Origin: Paraspadella gotoi
Lineage: Eukaryota; Animalia; Chaetognatha
Assembly (NCBI GenBank): GCA_051294375.1
Contig: CM119263.1
Coordinates: 16,160,532-16,224,531, forward strand
Direction of reading: 5' to 3'
Length of the DNA: 64,000 bases
Positions 1 to 16,000 of the stretch are shown here, piece after piece (position 1 is the stretch's first letter; the number at the start of each line of letters is the position of its first letter). The position numbers and the translations under genes are program-made. The notes beneath the pieces were generated by a model. That model made no database searches, was not told the DNA's origin, and saw only the letters and a program-made list of their open reading frames with translations.

Positions 1-769
1 TATAAAAATTTTTCGATCAAGAAAGTTCGTAAAATTAATGTCTCGAGCAAAGATATTTTTTTTTAATTTCGGCTGTGCATCTTGAAATATAGATTGAAGA
101 AAATCTACTGGCGAAATTTGTATCATCGTTACAAAGTACTAGCCTATCTACAAGTATATACAAGCGTAATGTCACGAAGTAAACTCTTAAAAAAACTAAA
201 ACAGTGACGATAATCTTTTTGGGTAAGTTAGGATATATCGGGTTGTAATGCCCGAAAAATAAAATCTCATTAGGTTGCCGGAGTCCGAAAACTTGGGAAT
301 TTCCACTGGTATACATGATTGAAACAAATATTTTTTCTTAGCAACTGTTAATAATTTTAGGATCAAATTTAAACCTTTCACTTCCTTAAAGTGGGGTTCA
401 TGTGGAAGGAAGGGGGGGAGGGAAGTTGAATAAAAATGGATCGGTCCTCTGAAGCGCTTGTAGTATCTTATATCTCTGCTTATCTGATCGACTCCAACTT
501 CGTTTCCTTCCTTCCTTCCAACCTTTTTTCAATCTTCCATTTTTTTATACCGTAGATTGTCGAGTCGCTTTTGTGAAAAAAAAAGAGCAAATCGAAAAAA
601 AAAAAGACGGGATCCTTTGGAGGAAAACTCCCGCCTTCAGACGTCCCATCCATTCACTCTCTCTCGCTCTCTCTCATTCTCTCTCTCTCTCTCTCTCACG
701 AAAATCTCGTCCGGCAAAGGCACGCGTGGTTGAAATCGTCATTTCTCTTCACCCTTCATCGTCCGCCCA

Positions 770-2726
770 TTAAGACGTATCGCAAATATCGTACCATTTC
801 TGCCAAACCTTTGCGGATCGGCGAACGGTATTTACGATCGGGGCGTTACGCTGGTTGTAGGCGAAGTGGGTGAGTTTCCAATAGTCATCGTCCTTCATGA
901 AGTAGACGGTCCGGTCAGTGTACGAGAAGTAAACCGTGTCCAGATCCGAGGGTAGGGGTTCCTCGCCCGGCTCAGGCGGGTAGGCGTCTCTCAGCTTCTT
1001 CGGGCCCCACCCGTCGATGCAGCAGCCTTCGTTGCCTAAGCGGGTCACGTAACCGTAGACCTGAAGGGCAGAGACGCGAGTCGTTTCTGTGTTTAGTGGT
1101 TTACGAGTATTTGGAATAAATCAAACCGAAATGATTAGGTAGAATGTAGAGAGTACAGAGAAATAAATAAATCAAAAGAGAAGGAGTAGGCAAAAAAGGA
1201 TTGAAAAAAGGAAAAGAAGATAAGAGAAAAAAAATTTAGCCCCCCCCCCACTTAAAAAAAATATCAACTCACGTTGTCGCCCTTGAAGAAGTAAAGGTTT
1301 CCGTCTCTCTTATCGAACAAGACGGCGTCGATGTATCCTGGGATGGCGGGGTTGCGCGTTCCAGCCATCGGACCGAAGACTTTTGAAATGTTCTGAGGTT
1401 CAATGATCTGGTCCACGCCATCGATATCCGCGTTGTACCAGTAGACGTACTGACCTGAAAGGTAATTAGTATTTGGATTAAGCTACGCAATTCATTCCTT
1501 AAAAATATATATTTCACTTTTATCACATTCTTAATTATTGATAGGCACTAATGGTCCGCTCTGTTTCACATTTCTTACAAAAAAAATAAATACGGTTTAA
1601 AATTAAAAAGAAACATTTATTTGGATGAAAATTTATAAATAAAACCAAAAAAAGTCCATATTGTTTCAATTTTGCCTCGCGCGTTTCCGTGACAAATCAG
1701 AGTCGATTCCCATGCGTCGATGCCTTATTTCACATCACCCAAGAATTAATTAGCGACACCTACTCCTGATTCCACACCCGCCCTAAACGCTACATGAGAC
1801 GACTTGGCGTTTTTCTCGAGAATCCAAAACATCCTTTTTTGCGCATTTAACACTTGTTCGCACAAACCTCACAAATCTCCTTCTCACAAATTTTAGGATT
1901 TTTTTTTTATTTTTTTCAGATTTTTTAACTTCCATATTTGTCTAATTCTCTTTGGGTTTTTCTTTCTGCGTATTTGGAGAAAAAAAATAAAAAGAAGCAT
2001 TTTTGGTGGGATTTAAAAAGGGATTGTCTTGACGATTTTTCGCGGCCGTTGTGGAAATGGCGGCGGTGGAGTAGGTGGTAGGCGGCGGAGGCGGGTGGGG
2101 GGCGGCGGATGTGGCCGCTGTGCTAGTGGGGGGGGCAACGGCGAATGCGCCGGCGGTGACATCACCTCGTCGGACGGAAAATGTTCGTTCGTAATGCGGC
2201 CAGACAAACGAGGCGAAATTATACTCAAAATATTTTTTTGGGAAAAATGAAAATTTTAAAATTTTAAAAGTGGGAATTAAAAATTGAAATTTGTTTTCGA
2301 ATAAAAACGTGACGTCAATTGTCTGAGCGAGCTGCCGGCGCCAGTGATTGGCCATTGCCGGCGCCGCTGGCGCCTTGAATTGACATTTTAATTTTTATCA
2401 AAAGATTGAGGTAAAAAATTGAAGGGGAATGGATGGAAATGTTTGGTTCGGGGATCGGTCCTAATTTTTGAGAGATTGAAATTTCAAAGCTTAAAAGGCT
2501 CTTTTCGTGATTTTTAATTCACAACTACATGATCAGAATCATATTTAAATAAGAAGATATATGTAATACGTATATATCCTTATTAAGGAAAAAAATGATG
2601 GAAGCAAGACGCAAATTGTGCTTTTTTTTCAATTTTTAAAAAAATGATGTCATGATAATGTCATCTTGACTTTAAAAGCAAGGTAGCAACAGCAAAGAGA
2701 CCGATCAATATATGTTACATAACAAC

Positions 2727-2787
<61 letters not shown>

Positions 2788-3925
2788 CATCTTTAGAGGC
2801 GAGGAGAATTCTTTTCGACATTTTCGCAACAACTCACGAAATTCGCTCCCCTTATGCCGAACCCGGGAAAATATTGTTCCCGTTTCAAAGGGTGGGGAGG
2901 GAAGGGGGGGCACACAAAGAGTGGGAGACCCAAATATTCTTTTTATCCAGTGGAAGATTTTTTTTTTTTCATCTGCAACCGAAAAAAAAGGACGTTCTTA
3001 TCTTCTTTTTTTTCCTCATTCTCTGAGTCAAGAGGGCGATTTTTTTTGGTGGGAGAAAAAATTGGAGGGGGGGTGGAAGGAGAGGCTTTTTATTCTTTCC
3101 TTCCGGCCGATTTAAACCAAAACAAAACGGTCTAATAAAAAAATTAAAAAACAGTTTGCGTATAAGGTCAAATTTTTATTTCAAATATAATGAATATTGT
3201 ATTGTGTCATCTTTTGTAATTGAGGCTTCTATAACTGGCTAATTATAAAATGTTTTTTTTAATATTTTAGTAGAACCTTTTTTTTTAATTTCTCGTTCAT
3301 TTTGTTTCTTTCACATGGCGAGGGTTGTTATACTTCCTACCCCCTCAAATATCCGCTACAAGAGGGCGTTCCCCCGATTTACCTTCTTTTTCTTTCTAAT
3401 TTTTTTTTTTCAATTTAATTTTTTTTGTGTTGTTTTGTTTTCGTTTCGAACCACAAAGACTTATGATTGAGTATAAAGCGGTTAGAGAGTTAAAAAGAGA
3501 ACACGCACAGCTGGTTAAAACGTTTTAGTTGTTTCTCTCAGCCTTTGATGAACTTAAAAGTCTATCTCTCTTCACTCTCTTTTTTTTTCTTTCTCTCTAT
3601 ATCGCTTTAAGTTTTTCCGTCCGTCCGTCTTTTTTTTTATTTCTCTCTTTTTCTGATTTTTTGCAATCATCATTTGTACGATTTGGAGTATTGTTTGAAA
3701 CTAATCGATCCCAATTGATTTTTTTTTCCCTTGTCATTTTGTCTGCGGCCCTCCTCTTCCCCCTCTTTCCGACCCAAGCCATCTCCCACCTCCCCTCACG
3801 GTTTGGACGGCGATGGCGCATCGTTAACTCGACGTAGTAAAAAGTAGTTTTGTAGAGTAGCGATCGAGTGGCCACATTTTCCCTCCTCTTTCTCCTCTTT
3901 CTCCTCTCTCTTTTCATTTCTCACA

Positions 3926-3997
<72 letters not shown>

Positions 3998-6753
3998 GAT
4001 CACGATGGTTATTCATCCCGGACATTTCTCATTGACGGGGAGGATCAGGTGACGGCTTCACTAATTCGCCTTGTAAAATCCTTCCTGGCCTACATCCTTT
4101 TTCCTGGGAGAGTGACTCCCCACCTACCGACCGCACACCTCATCTGTCACTCACCTACGCGATAGGAAACCGCCTCTTTCCCAGGCCTTACCTCACGACC
4201 AAATACTCCCCCCTCCCAGTGCGTAATCTTTTTTCCCCGATTAAATCGCCCATTAATCCCGAACGCCTTTTTCCCCCCATCTCCGTCCCCCTCCAATTTT
4301 AAAGAACCAGGGACCAACGCGGCCTCGCAATATAAATAAAAAAGTAACTAACAGGAAGTACAATATTATTCTTTCCTTCCCCCTCATGACGCTTTCTCCA
4401 AAACAACCTTTTTTTTTAGAAAGGAAAACGTTTTATTTATTTTTTTTTTTACTCCAGAGTCGTTGGACCTCATCATCGATACTCCTGAAACGCTTTGCTT
4501 CTTTTTTTTTCTTTTCGCATTATTATAATAACCGACTCTTTCTTTGTTCCTCACTCCTGAGCCAGCGAAAATATTTGAACGCAATTGCGTGGTAATCGGT
4601 TGCAATCGTATAATGTGAATTGTGAAATATCGACAGTAAATTTATTGTTGTATATTATTATACACATAGGCGTATAATAATATTAACACTTCAATTCTTT
4701 CTATTAAGTTTTTGACTCGACCTTTCAATCTCAGGTTTAAACTCTTTTTTGAATTTGTGTTACGAAGATAGAAAAAAAGGAAGATAGGAAAGGAAGAGGT
4801 ACAAAGATTTTCTTTTTCAAATGGCCAAAATAAATTTCAAGATGGACTATTTAATAAGGAAAAGCTGGTAGAAAAATAAACCACATTGTGATTATTAATT
4901 TTCTTAGAAACATCTGATGACCTTCATGACTCTCACATCATCTAATTGATTTTACGTATTAATTAATAGAGCGACTAATAAAGACTTATAAATCTCATTT
5001 TCACCCGTCATCGTAATTCACGTCAAACTAATTTCCATCGGCTGCCAGAATCGCGACTGAATCAGAAAGAACGAAGACTCACCTTTGAAGAAGAGAGTCT
5101 CGTCCCTAGTGAAGGTCCAGATGTGAGTGAAGGCGTCAACGGGGTAAGGCAGACCCTTCCACTCGGGGGCGATGAGGAGGGGGTCGCCGTAACGAGTTCG
5201 GTTGTGGCGGTTCTCGTACATCCAGTACATTCCTAGGGGAAGTTTTTTTTTTTTTTAAATATGTTATGCCCATTGCCCAGCGTTTTATTCAAACCCTTTA
5301 AATTCCATTAATCTTTAGGAAGGTGATAACTTACCCGCGCGAAAAAAGTAAGTGTTGTAGATGAGTTGTCCGTCGATTCTTCGTCGAACCCAATCGAAGA
5401 CGACGTCAAAGTTCAGCTTGCAGACCCCTGGCGGTCGGAAAAGAAAATACGGAAAATACATTAACTTTCGCCTCGGAATGAAATCTGCCCAGCCTTTCTG
5501 CCACCTTCACACTTTATGCTTATGTACGAAGCTCTAATCTTTTTCAATGTCATATCGTCAGCAAAAGAGTCGGCATGGTCGACTTGGACACCGGCGGTGT
5601 CGGCATTCAACTCTCTTTCTCTATCTAGCGTCGGTCGTCTAGGCGTGTTTTTTCTTTCTGTTTCCAATTTATTATAACCAAAATTCCCTTCGGAGGGTAA
5701 ATGAAGAGGAGGGGGAGGCGGAAGAGCAACAGGAGAAATGGAGAGTAGCGAAAAGTATGAAATGAAGAAGAGGACGGAAGATGAAGAAGAGGAGGAAAGG
5801 GGATCGATTTTCATTCACAAATAATTCAGGTTTTCATTTCTCGATTAACGGCTTCGAAAAAAAAAAATTTCCCCCTGAAATTATATCAGTTTTTAATGGC
5901 GAAGATCGAAAAGATGGAGGGAAGAGGTTGAGTGAAGGGGGGGGATCACGTTACCATAATCAAATCCATGGTGGGAACAATGGGCCGCCTCAGGTTTAAT
6001 TGAGACGAACCAATTAGTAGAGTAAGAGTTATTGGCGAGCCGAAAAGAAGCGGAATAAGGATGTAGCGAGAGAGAGAAAGTAACGTTAATCATAATGGGC
6101 CGGTGGCCATATTTCCCTTAAGAAGTCTACTTTTTTTTTTACCTTATTTTTTCACTGTCCTTTAGGATCTCTCTCAACTACTTTTCTTCTCACGTTCTTC
6201 TTTCTCCTCCACAGAATCTCTTTACTCCACCCAGTCTTTCCGAAATCTTCATTTTCCTCTCGGCCCGAATCCTCCCCGCACGCTCGGGATTACGTTAATG
6301 ATGAGCCTTTCTCGGGAGCCTTTCTCCTTCTCCCCCTCGTCCCTCTTTCTCTCATTCTACTTCCCGCCCCCACTGGTTCCCCCCCTTTTTTGTCAGCTCC
6401 AGGCGAGAAAATCCTCCGGATTTGCGGTGAGATTTCATCTCACTTTCTCGCTTTGTCTTTCCGTAAAATGGAACTGAAGTAAAAAAATGATGTTTGCGCA
6501 GTGGTAACGTTTTACTTATTATATTTACTAAAAATGTATATTGTATAATTAGTGGTATATAAAGAGGAATAGAATACCCCACGGCTAACAAAAAACCCGA
6601 AGCAGGCCGGGTGATTGCTAAGTGGTGACATGGCCGTGATATTAGCGATGGTGAAATGGGTGGTCTATGAGAGATGAGTGCTCAAGAGGAGGAGGCCAAC
6701 GTCTTTATGTCGAATCTTCAAATTGTTGACCTAAGACTTAACTCAGATTTAGA

Positions 6754-6803
<50 letters not shown>

Positions 6804-7275
6804 TCACGTGGTCTTTCAATAAGTTCTGCCTATTTTCTCTTAGTTCAAAGGCGACATTGTTGACCGTCAACGCTTCCTCTCTCACGAATTCACTTTCTTT
6901 CAACTTTGTTTTTTTGCTAATTGAAAAAACTCACAAAAAAAGTCAGTTGTGAAATTGGGATGAAATTTACCACCAAACTGGCGACGGAAAGTTGAAGACT
7001 CGCGAACGACGACGACGACGACGACAGCGACGAAGAAGACGATTCATGAACCAAAACGACGACGACGACGACGACGACAACGGCGCTGGAGACCGCATTC
7101 CACGATATTTTTTCGAGTAGGTGGACGACGACGACGTCGGAGGTGCTGGAGAGAATGTTTGTTCTCGCATCAGTCGACGCAACCTCATTTCTACGCCCTC
7201 ACCCCCCTCCTCAACTCCTCCTCACCCTTATCTTACTCCTTCCTCACCTTTCTTCAAACTGCTCCTCTTTTCGCT

Positions 7276-7336
<61 letters not shown>

Positions 7337-8497
7337 CTTCTGCATTATTTTCCCCGCGTTTGTTCAGAGATTTTTTTTTCTTTGTTCTATTTGTGAAAAA
7401 TTCCATATCTTTTCGCATTTACTTTCCCACATAAAGTCGAAGTCCGCATGCGGGGAGAAACGAGGGAGGAATTCCCTTTTTTTTCACTCGCGAGGTTTGC
7501 TTCTCTTTTTTTTTTACGCGAGATCAACTTGTCGCATTTTCCCTTTAAAATCAAGATGATAAACATGATTGTGATATTGATAAAAGCAGTTGGTCGCGGA
7601 GAGTTTACAAATTTTAATTTCGCGTTTCCAGTGTTTAAAATCAGTTACGTTTCATTAAGTAATTTTGATATTTTATATTTTTCTATGAATGAATCGCTGG
7701 TAAGAACCGATTTAAAATTTATCCATTCGTTTAATTAATAAGCTTTGGTCGGGCAAATTTGGGTTAGGCCCTCCATCCATCCCTCTTACAAGATAATGAC
7801 ATAGCAGGACCAATCAAAGCAAGCCAAGTCTTTTCTCCTTTAAAAGGCTCCCTTTCTTGCCCGTGCCTTTTCAGTTTTCACAAGCCCTAAATCCTGACCG
7901 CCCTTTTCCTGTCCGCCCTCAAATCGACCCCCAACCCCTTTCCTCGACCCGCCCGGTTCTCGCTTTCTCGAGTCCGATCTTCCTGTTTGTCCTTCCAAAT
8001 CGGATCACTCGAGTATCAACGACATCCTGGTCACTCGAAAATTTCCAAAACCTCTGCTATTTTTACCCTTTTGAGTTTGACCCTCGCCACCCGGGTACTC
8101 CTCCTCCTCGTCCTGCTCTCTTCCTCCCTCATTCCGAGTTTCCTTAAATACGCTAATATTTATCCCCGTTGTTGTTGGCGACGAAGCACGTCGAGGCGAG
8201 CGAGAAGGAAAATAAAGAAGAGAAGGAGGGGAAGAAAAGAGACGCGTGTGAAACAATTTAAGATCGATAATGAGACGGGGTTAATCCTCCCCAACTCGGC
8301 GTGTCCCCAGGCGTCGCGAACTCCGAGGCGAGAGAGACGGAGGGTGCGAGAGAGAGAGAGAGAGAATGAGAGAGAGAGAGACCGAGCGAGAGTGTGAAAG
8401 AGCGAGAGCGAGAGAGTGAAAAGGAAAGAACGAGACGGTGGAATCCTCTTTTGCATCGAGTTCGAATCGGGGTCGGAGGTCACCACCCGTCGAGCGG

Positions 8498-8553
<56 letters not shown>

Positions 8554-11430
8554 AGAGAGAGGAGAGAATTCCCCGCTGAGAGGGGAAGGCACCGGGGACG
8601 GCGCGTAGTGAATCGGTGTTGGAAAAGGGCTTGAAGTAGAGAAAAGAAAAAAGAAAAGAAAGAAAAAAGTAAGAAAAGAAGTTTTTGTTTCAACTTTGCT
8701 CCGGCGTCTTCCACTTCGGGTCAACAATGGAAAGAGGATTTTGGGAGGGAACTCCAGACGAGCAGTCGCCGCTTTAGGCGTTAATTCCCTCCCTCTCTGC
8801 CTCTCTCTGCACTCTCACTCTCTCTCTCCCTCTCTCACTTTTTCTCGCTCTTTCTCGCTCCCACTTTGATTGTCTTCATTCAAATGCTTCGTAAAATACA
8901 AAGACATCACAATAACATCAGAATAACAAAATTTCTAAATACTTAAATTGGATTTTAAAATGAAATCTAAGTAACATTTAGAAATAATTGAACGTGACGA
9001 TAACAGAACATAACTCTTTCATAACATCATAATAACCTCTTCAAGTATGGGTCCTAGAGTCAACGCGATGCATCCACTTGGAAAACAAAAAAAATTGTTT
9101 TTACTTAATTTTTTTTCATTTTTGCACACAAAAAAATTTATTGTGCGACTTCCCGCCGAGTGTGCAAATCCCAAACGCTCTACTCCCCGTGGGGACAAGA
9201 TCATTCTTCCGCATAACTCTCAAGGACGGAGAGAGAGAGAGAGAGAGAGACAGGAAAGAAAGAGTAAAAAAGCGGGGGAAGGGCAGAATGAAAAAATGAA
9301 AAATAAGGAACTCAGTAGGTTTATGGTTGCTTCTGCAAAGGAGGTGCGTCGAAATTTTTAAAAAGTCTCCCTAATTTTCAAACCTTTTTTTAAAAATTTT
9401 TTATACCAACTTTTCGAAAACTTTACTGGCTTTACTTAACTTTTTATTATTTTTTTGTTTTACCCTATATTTTTTTAAGTTGATCTGTCTGTTTGTCTGT
9501 CTCTGACCCTCTCTCTCCCTCTCTCTCTCTCCATTTTTACAAATAATTGAATTTCAAACCGACTTGCTACTTTTTCGAGGTAAAAATCCGCGAAATGACA
9601 TTTTGCGAATTTGTTGATCTTCTTGAGCTTTTATTCTTTTCGTGCGTCATATTTTCTTTTTCCGTTTTGCCCTTTTTACGCTTCCCCCCCCCCCCCCCGC
9701 CATTTTTTTTCGTCTGAAGAATTCTAAAAAATATAGCCATTGCTTAAATTTCTCATTCGAGGCCGAGTTGGCAGAAATATACTACTGAAAGTGCTACTGA
9801 ATTTAATGTAAATGCTAAATATCCACATATTCTAATTTTAATATGTAACAGGGCCGAAACACAAAAAGCCGATTTATTCCAAGCACAATAAAAATTTGAA
9901 TCTCCCATCAAACTCCCTTTCTCATCTAAGAATTCCCCAATACTTCTCCAATCCCCAATCTCCCCAATCTCCAATCCCTACTTCTCCAATCCCAGCCACC
10001 TTTCTCTCCAACTGACCGTATATGGCTTGTATCTCCTTGCGGTCTTGCCAGCCGAGCTCGAAATCGTTGTTCGGATGGTGCGACGTGTAGATCGCGAACA
10101 TGATAGAGTAAGGCCTGAGGACGAGATTACGATGATTAATGGAACAGTTTCGTTCGAGATGAAATGGACGACAGATTTGGATCCCCGGATGATCGTCTTT
10201 CGCGCAAATACGGTTCTGCCCTCCAGAGTTTATAATATAGTAGTATATAATAGTAGTAATAGTAATAGTATCTAATTGTAATAATCGTATGTAAAGTATA
10301 ATAGTAGCTTCCCTACGGATAGCTCCAAGCCCCTTGAACCTTACCTCCGCGTGTGTGTGAGCCCCAGCACGTGGCCGATCTCGTGCACGGCCACCTTGAG
10401 AAGCGATTTCCCGAAGGGGGAATTGACGGTGTACTGCTCGTCGTCGTCGAGGTGAATGGCGCGTCCGTAGGTGGAGTGGGCCAAGTCACCTCCGAAGCCG
10501 TCGAACTGCCGGTCGCACGAGAGATGCCAGGCTGAAGTGGGAAAATACGGCTTTGTAGTTTAACATATTAGTTACAATTTACAGTTTTTACGACTATTAC
10601 TTTCATTTTTGTTTTCAGGTTTCTCTGCTTTTCCTTTATATTTTTGAAGAAGAAGAATACATATATATATATATATATCCGTTTATTAAAGTCATTAAAA
10701 ATAAAGAAGTACTATATATCCAGAATTAAATGAAAATTTCAGGGTATTTTTTCATAATATATTACAAAATAACGAATTTCCCCCTCCTTTTCTTGAATGG
10801 AAAGAGGAAGTCTGTGTATCGTCACAGAAAATGAAAAAAACGAAACAAAAAAGTGAAAAAAAGTAACTGAAAAAATATACACGTAGAAAAAAAACCATCT
10901 GGAATCCACGATCTCGAAAATATCTCTGGCTACCTTTTGCGGAAGTATGTAAAAAATGCGATGGGTTTTTTGTTAATGCCGGTACTCGGACTGCTCCAAA
11001 AAATACCTGGCCTAACAAATTTTTAAACCATCAGCTGCCAAATCGGATTTGCGGGTTTCCATTTAATAATGATCATAAACCACAGGATGAATTTGATGAT
11101 GTTTATGCACAATGAAAAGTCGCATACTATTTCCTATCATTAAAATTGAAATATTGAAAAAAAGGCAATGGCCAAAAGGGATAGAATTTCTATCTTTCTT
11201 TCACTTTTATTGAAAATCGTAGTCGGCCAATCCTCAACATCGACGCAAACAATTTATCTCCAGATCCTGAAACATCAGTGATCTGCATCCTGCGATGAGG
11301 AATGTTTGCTGACCTTTAATCACCTTAAACCGGTGAAATGCAGTCACAATGATTGGCCGCTGACTCGAATAAAACGAAGATTGCACATCCGACGGTTCAC
11401 CGAGTCGCAAAGGAGAGGCGAAAGGTTTTG

Positions 11431-11484
<54 letters not shown>

Positions 11485-11657
11485 AAAAGATAAAAGATGA
11501 AGTAAATGAGTCCGTACGAGGGAAAGCAATGAGAGCGAGACAAGCGGAAGAGAAGAGAGAAGGGACAAGGACGATACGCGCATCATTCAATCACTTTTTG
11601 AAAGACGTCGACCGGGAATTTAAGGAACGCGCGCCGCGATAAAGCCAAAGGGTAGGA

Positions 11658-11702
<45 letters not shown>

Positions 11703-13044
11703 GGAAAATCTATCATAGACATAAAAACTGTAAAAGAGTCGAAACTCCTACCCTAACATCATCCACCTCTTAATTTCGAACATTGCCCTCGAAATTGTTA
11801 TGTTTATCGAAAATCTCAATGTTTGTTTACGTTTGGCCTTCAAAATTTTCGACTAAAAAAGTAAATTGGTCGTCTATTTAAATTTTTTTTCTCTATCGTT
11901 TGACGGAAGGAAAAATAAATTCCGGTGGCCGAAAAAAGAGAAAAGTGGTTACGTAAACTGTGGAAACAGAAGGGAGTTGAGGGGAGGGCTGGGGGGCTGA
12001 GATTGGGGGGGAGGATGGGCTGAGACTGGGGGGAAGGGCTGGGGGGGGCTGAGATTCGAATTGGGAGACGTGGGGAGGAGGAACAGAGGTTGAAAGGGAC
12101 AATAGAGTTATACAAGCCCCTGTTGGGGCTTATTTTTTCAGAACGGCCTATTTCATGTCATATTTATAATTTAATTAGTTTTTTGAATTAAAAATTAAAA
12201 TAAAGTTAAAGTTATTGAGGTTAAGGATTTAGTTAATGATTAATTAGGGTTAAGTATTAAGATTAAAGATTAAAGTCTCAAAATAAATCGTTGTTGACTC
12301 TCATAAAAAAATTTTTTCAAGGTTAAGAGTTAAAATTAAAAATTAAAAATAATTGTTTAGGGTTCGGGTTTAAGATTAGGGATAAGGGTTAAAGTTTGTG
12401 TTATAAGTTTAAGACCAAATTTATATTAAATATTATGTTATGACTATATTATCTAATAAAAATTATTGTTTGTTATACAAAAACTGTTTTTCTAAAATAT
12501 TAAATATTATTAAAGTTCTAAAATAAACGAACAGAAATGGGGCACTCTTAGAAAAGAGAGCCGTTGTTATGACTAAGATAATTCCGGTCCGGTTTTCGAT
12601 GGTCTCTTTTCGAAAATTACGATATCCTTTCCTGACTTTTTTTTTCATAAGGTGAACCACTTTATATTTTCTGTTTATTCACTCGCGAAATGGAAAGGCC
12701 GACGTCTTTTGTTTTCCGTCGAACAGAAAATACCTGAGATGGCGCTCGCGGCGGGAGATTCGGCGGGACCGAGAAAAATTTGAAGACGTACAATAAAATA
12801 AAAACCGAAAAAGGATAAACATACGAAGCTCGGGAATTTAAAATTTTTCTAGGATATTCTTCGCTGACGTAAATGTTTGGGTTAGAAATTTTGTTCTAAG
12901 AGACTGCACTATCTTTAAATATATAAAGAAAAATGTTAAAAGAAAAAAGAAAACACAAAAAAGAAAAGACAAAAGCGATGAAAAATTAATCTGGGAATAA
13001 GAATATAAAAATCTTCGTCGATGGCAACCGAATGTTTTCTTTTG

Positions 13045-13091
<47 letters not shown>

Positions 13092-16000
13092 GGTGGAAAA
13101 GCGACAAGTGAATGTCGGCGGGATATCGGAAGATGGTTTCTGATCTATCGTGATGTAAATTTTTTATAAAAAGGATCGAATCGTGAACCGTGAGGAAAGA
13201 GTTTACGAAGTGTGAAAGCGTTTAATGACGAACGAAAAAACCGTAGCCGGGTTTGCGGTAAGAGGGGCCCCCCATCGCCGATGACCCCAGGTTGTTATTT
13301 CTAGGGTAGGAGGAAAAGGACGCCCCTCGGGAGCCGAAATAACAATTCCGGGCCTCGAGAAATGGCCCCGCGGGTGGTGGACAAGGGAAGGGGGTGGGGT
13401 GGGAATACTACCTGGGGGGTTGGGGGGTTTGGACTCTCGAACGGAACCCCGGGCGGCCTTCCTGCTCGCAGTCAGATTCGTCCCAACGGTAAATCGATGG
13501 AATAACAGGAAACGAACCAAAAAATTATTTCGCATGAAAGAGTAAAAGAAGAAACGTGTGCATCATTCTTTGACACTCGAATTCGCCAGCCCACCAAATC
13601 TTTTGACGCTCTCTTTCACTTTCAACCTCCCCCCTGCCCACACAGTTATCATTTCGCACTCTCATAAGGTTTTTAAGTTTTGTTCACGCCGTGATTTCAA
13701 GGGATTTCAGGGAAGCAGATCTGTCAACAATGGAGAGTCGAATTTGGCAGATGTGCTGGGCCAGCGATCGTTTCAATATGCGGAGTGAAAATTCAATATG
13801 CAGAGTGTTAACTCGGTGTAAGGCATGAAGATTGAAAAAAAAAATGTCAAAATATATAGTGTTTATAAAATTGGTACAACCAATATAAAAATTATCCATT
13901 CATTTAATAAATAAGCTATCTTTCCCCTGACCTTGGACAATGGACATGCTTTGGTGGTTTAAGGCCTCCATCACCCTTACAAGATAATGACATAGCAGGT
14001 CCCCGCAAGTTTTCAATCAAGACTCACAGTCTCGTTTATTCACTCCCAGAGTATGTTATAAGAATTGACTGTTATTGCAAGTAAAAACTTTTGACGTCCA
14101 TTGCAGAGAATACTATCACCTCAGCCTAGGCGTTTGAGAAAAAATATTCGGGAAAAATATTGAGAATGAGGTTAAAACCCTTAGCATCCGTTTATTTATC
14201 AGTTTATTCTTCGTCTTCTCACGCACTCCTCCCTCGGCCCGCCCAACTCTCCTCCCACTCTCTCTCTCGATACTCTCGCTCCATCACTCTCAAATAAGAA
14301 TCTCCTCCCGCTCCATCGTTTTCCGGCTATTTATCCAATCAAACTCTCTCTCACTCTCTCTCGTTCGCATCTGGAATCACTTTCCCCCTCATTTAACCAC
14401 CAACACCGCCGCCAAATTCTGAGACTTCAATGCCTCCCTCTATATCCCTCCAAGAGAGTTGCCGTCTTCGTATTTAACAAAGATGCTTTTTTTTTTTAAA
14501 TTTCGCGAATCCGATTAACTTTTTTTTAGAAAAAAAAAACTCACTTTTTCGATTTCTCTTCGTCTTCGATCCGACGAGGGGAAATAATAAGGAAGAAGAG
14601 AAAGTCTGGAAGAGGATAAGAAGGGGAAGAGAATGAAGAGGAAAAAAAAAGTTTGAGAAAACGAAGAGAAGTTGATGGAAGAAGATAACAGAAAGATTAA
14701 CGTAGCGAAAAAGTGAACAATGTAATAATGAAAGAATCGTGACGGACGATCTCGAATCTGACAGGGGAATCGAAACTTTCGTTTGTGTTTCAATCGGCTC
14801 ATTTGTCACCTTCGTTTCCCACCCCTCCCCTCCCCCCTCTCGACCAAGAGACGAAGCGACACCTTCGAATCACGTGAGAATTGTCATCACCTGATATTCA
14901 GTCACTCGACGATTCAGTCCTTCCCACTTAAGTTCACACTGTTTTCGGACACACTCAATCTGTCTCTCTCTCTCTCTCTCTCGCCCTTGCGAGTGAGACT
15001 TCCGACGGAAACGACCGCAAGAAACGCGAGTGGGGAAAAAGGCGGTCAAACTGTGAAGGTTCGACGCTGCGGATGCGGTGAGTGAAAAAAGCCGGTCGAA
15101 CGTACTCTGAGCTGTGGTAATTGAAAAGTCAAAGATTCCCGATATATCTCGCCTGGAAATACAGAAAAGGATTTAATCTAAGACGAAAAAGCTTAAGTCA
15201 TTTTTGATAGGGTGAGTTTTAAGAAGTATGAAAAAAGGGACAAAAATTTTAATAAAAATTGTCCGCATTAAAATTTAAATCGTGAACAAATTTCTGACTT
15301 TTAATTTAACTTCGCAACAGTTCACGGATTTAATTTGATACATACATAGTAAGTAAACTTTAAACTTGTTTAACCTTTATACTCTAATCCTGAATTACCT
15401 CTGCGCTAATTTAGAATTAACAAACAAAATTATTTAATCTTCATTTGTTTTGTTTGTTTTTCTCCTTTTTTCTTCTTCTCCCGAGAGTTCCCCACCCAAA
15501 CGAAAAAGAGAGATAAATCCCATTACCCCCGCCCCCAACTCCCTCCCCCCTTAAAAGATCATCTTTCCTTGCGGTTAACCTGCGGTCTTTATTTCCTTTT
15601 CTCCTCAAAATTTTTTGGATTCCTTCATTCTGTCGCCAACTTTTTTGTTTCTGGTAAAGAGGATGGTAAAGGCGATGGATATGAATGAAATTTTTTGTGT
15701 CAGTAATACACAAAAAATTGAATTTGTATTATTTCATTCATAATGGCACGATATTATCATGTTTTTGGTTATCGTTCAAGAAAAAAGAATAAGCCGATTT
15801 AATTTTTTAGTTGTATTTTGAACGATTTTTAATTATTTAAAAATTCAATATATTATGAAATTGGTACAACCAATATGAAAATTATCCATTAATTTAATAA
15901 ATAAGCTATCTTGCCCCTGACTTTGGACAGGCTTTGGTGGTTTAAGGCCTCCATCACTCTTACAAGATAATGACATAGCAGGTCCCTACAAGCTTTCAAT

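Noticed and set aside
1942-2355. Pro/Gly-rich ORFs in an MMP21 intron
   Set aside because: Low-complexity GC island open in several frames; the MMP21 hemopexin exons join correctly without it.
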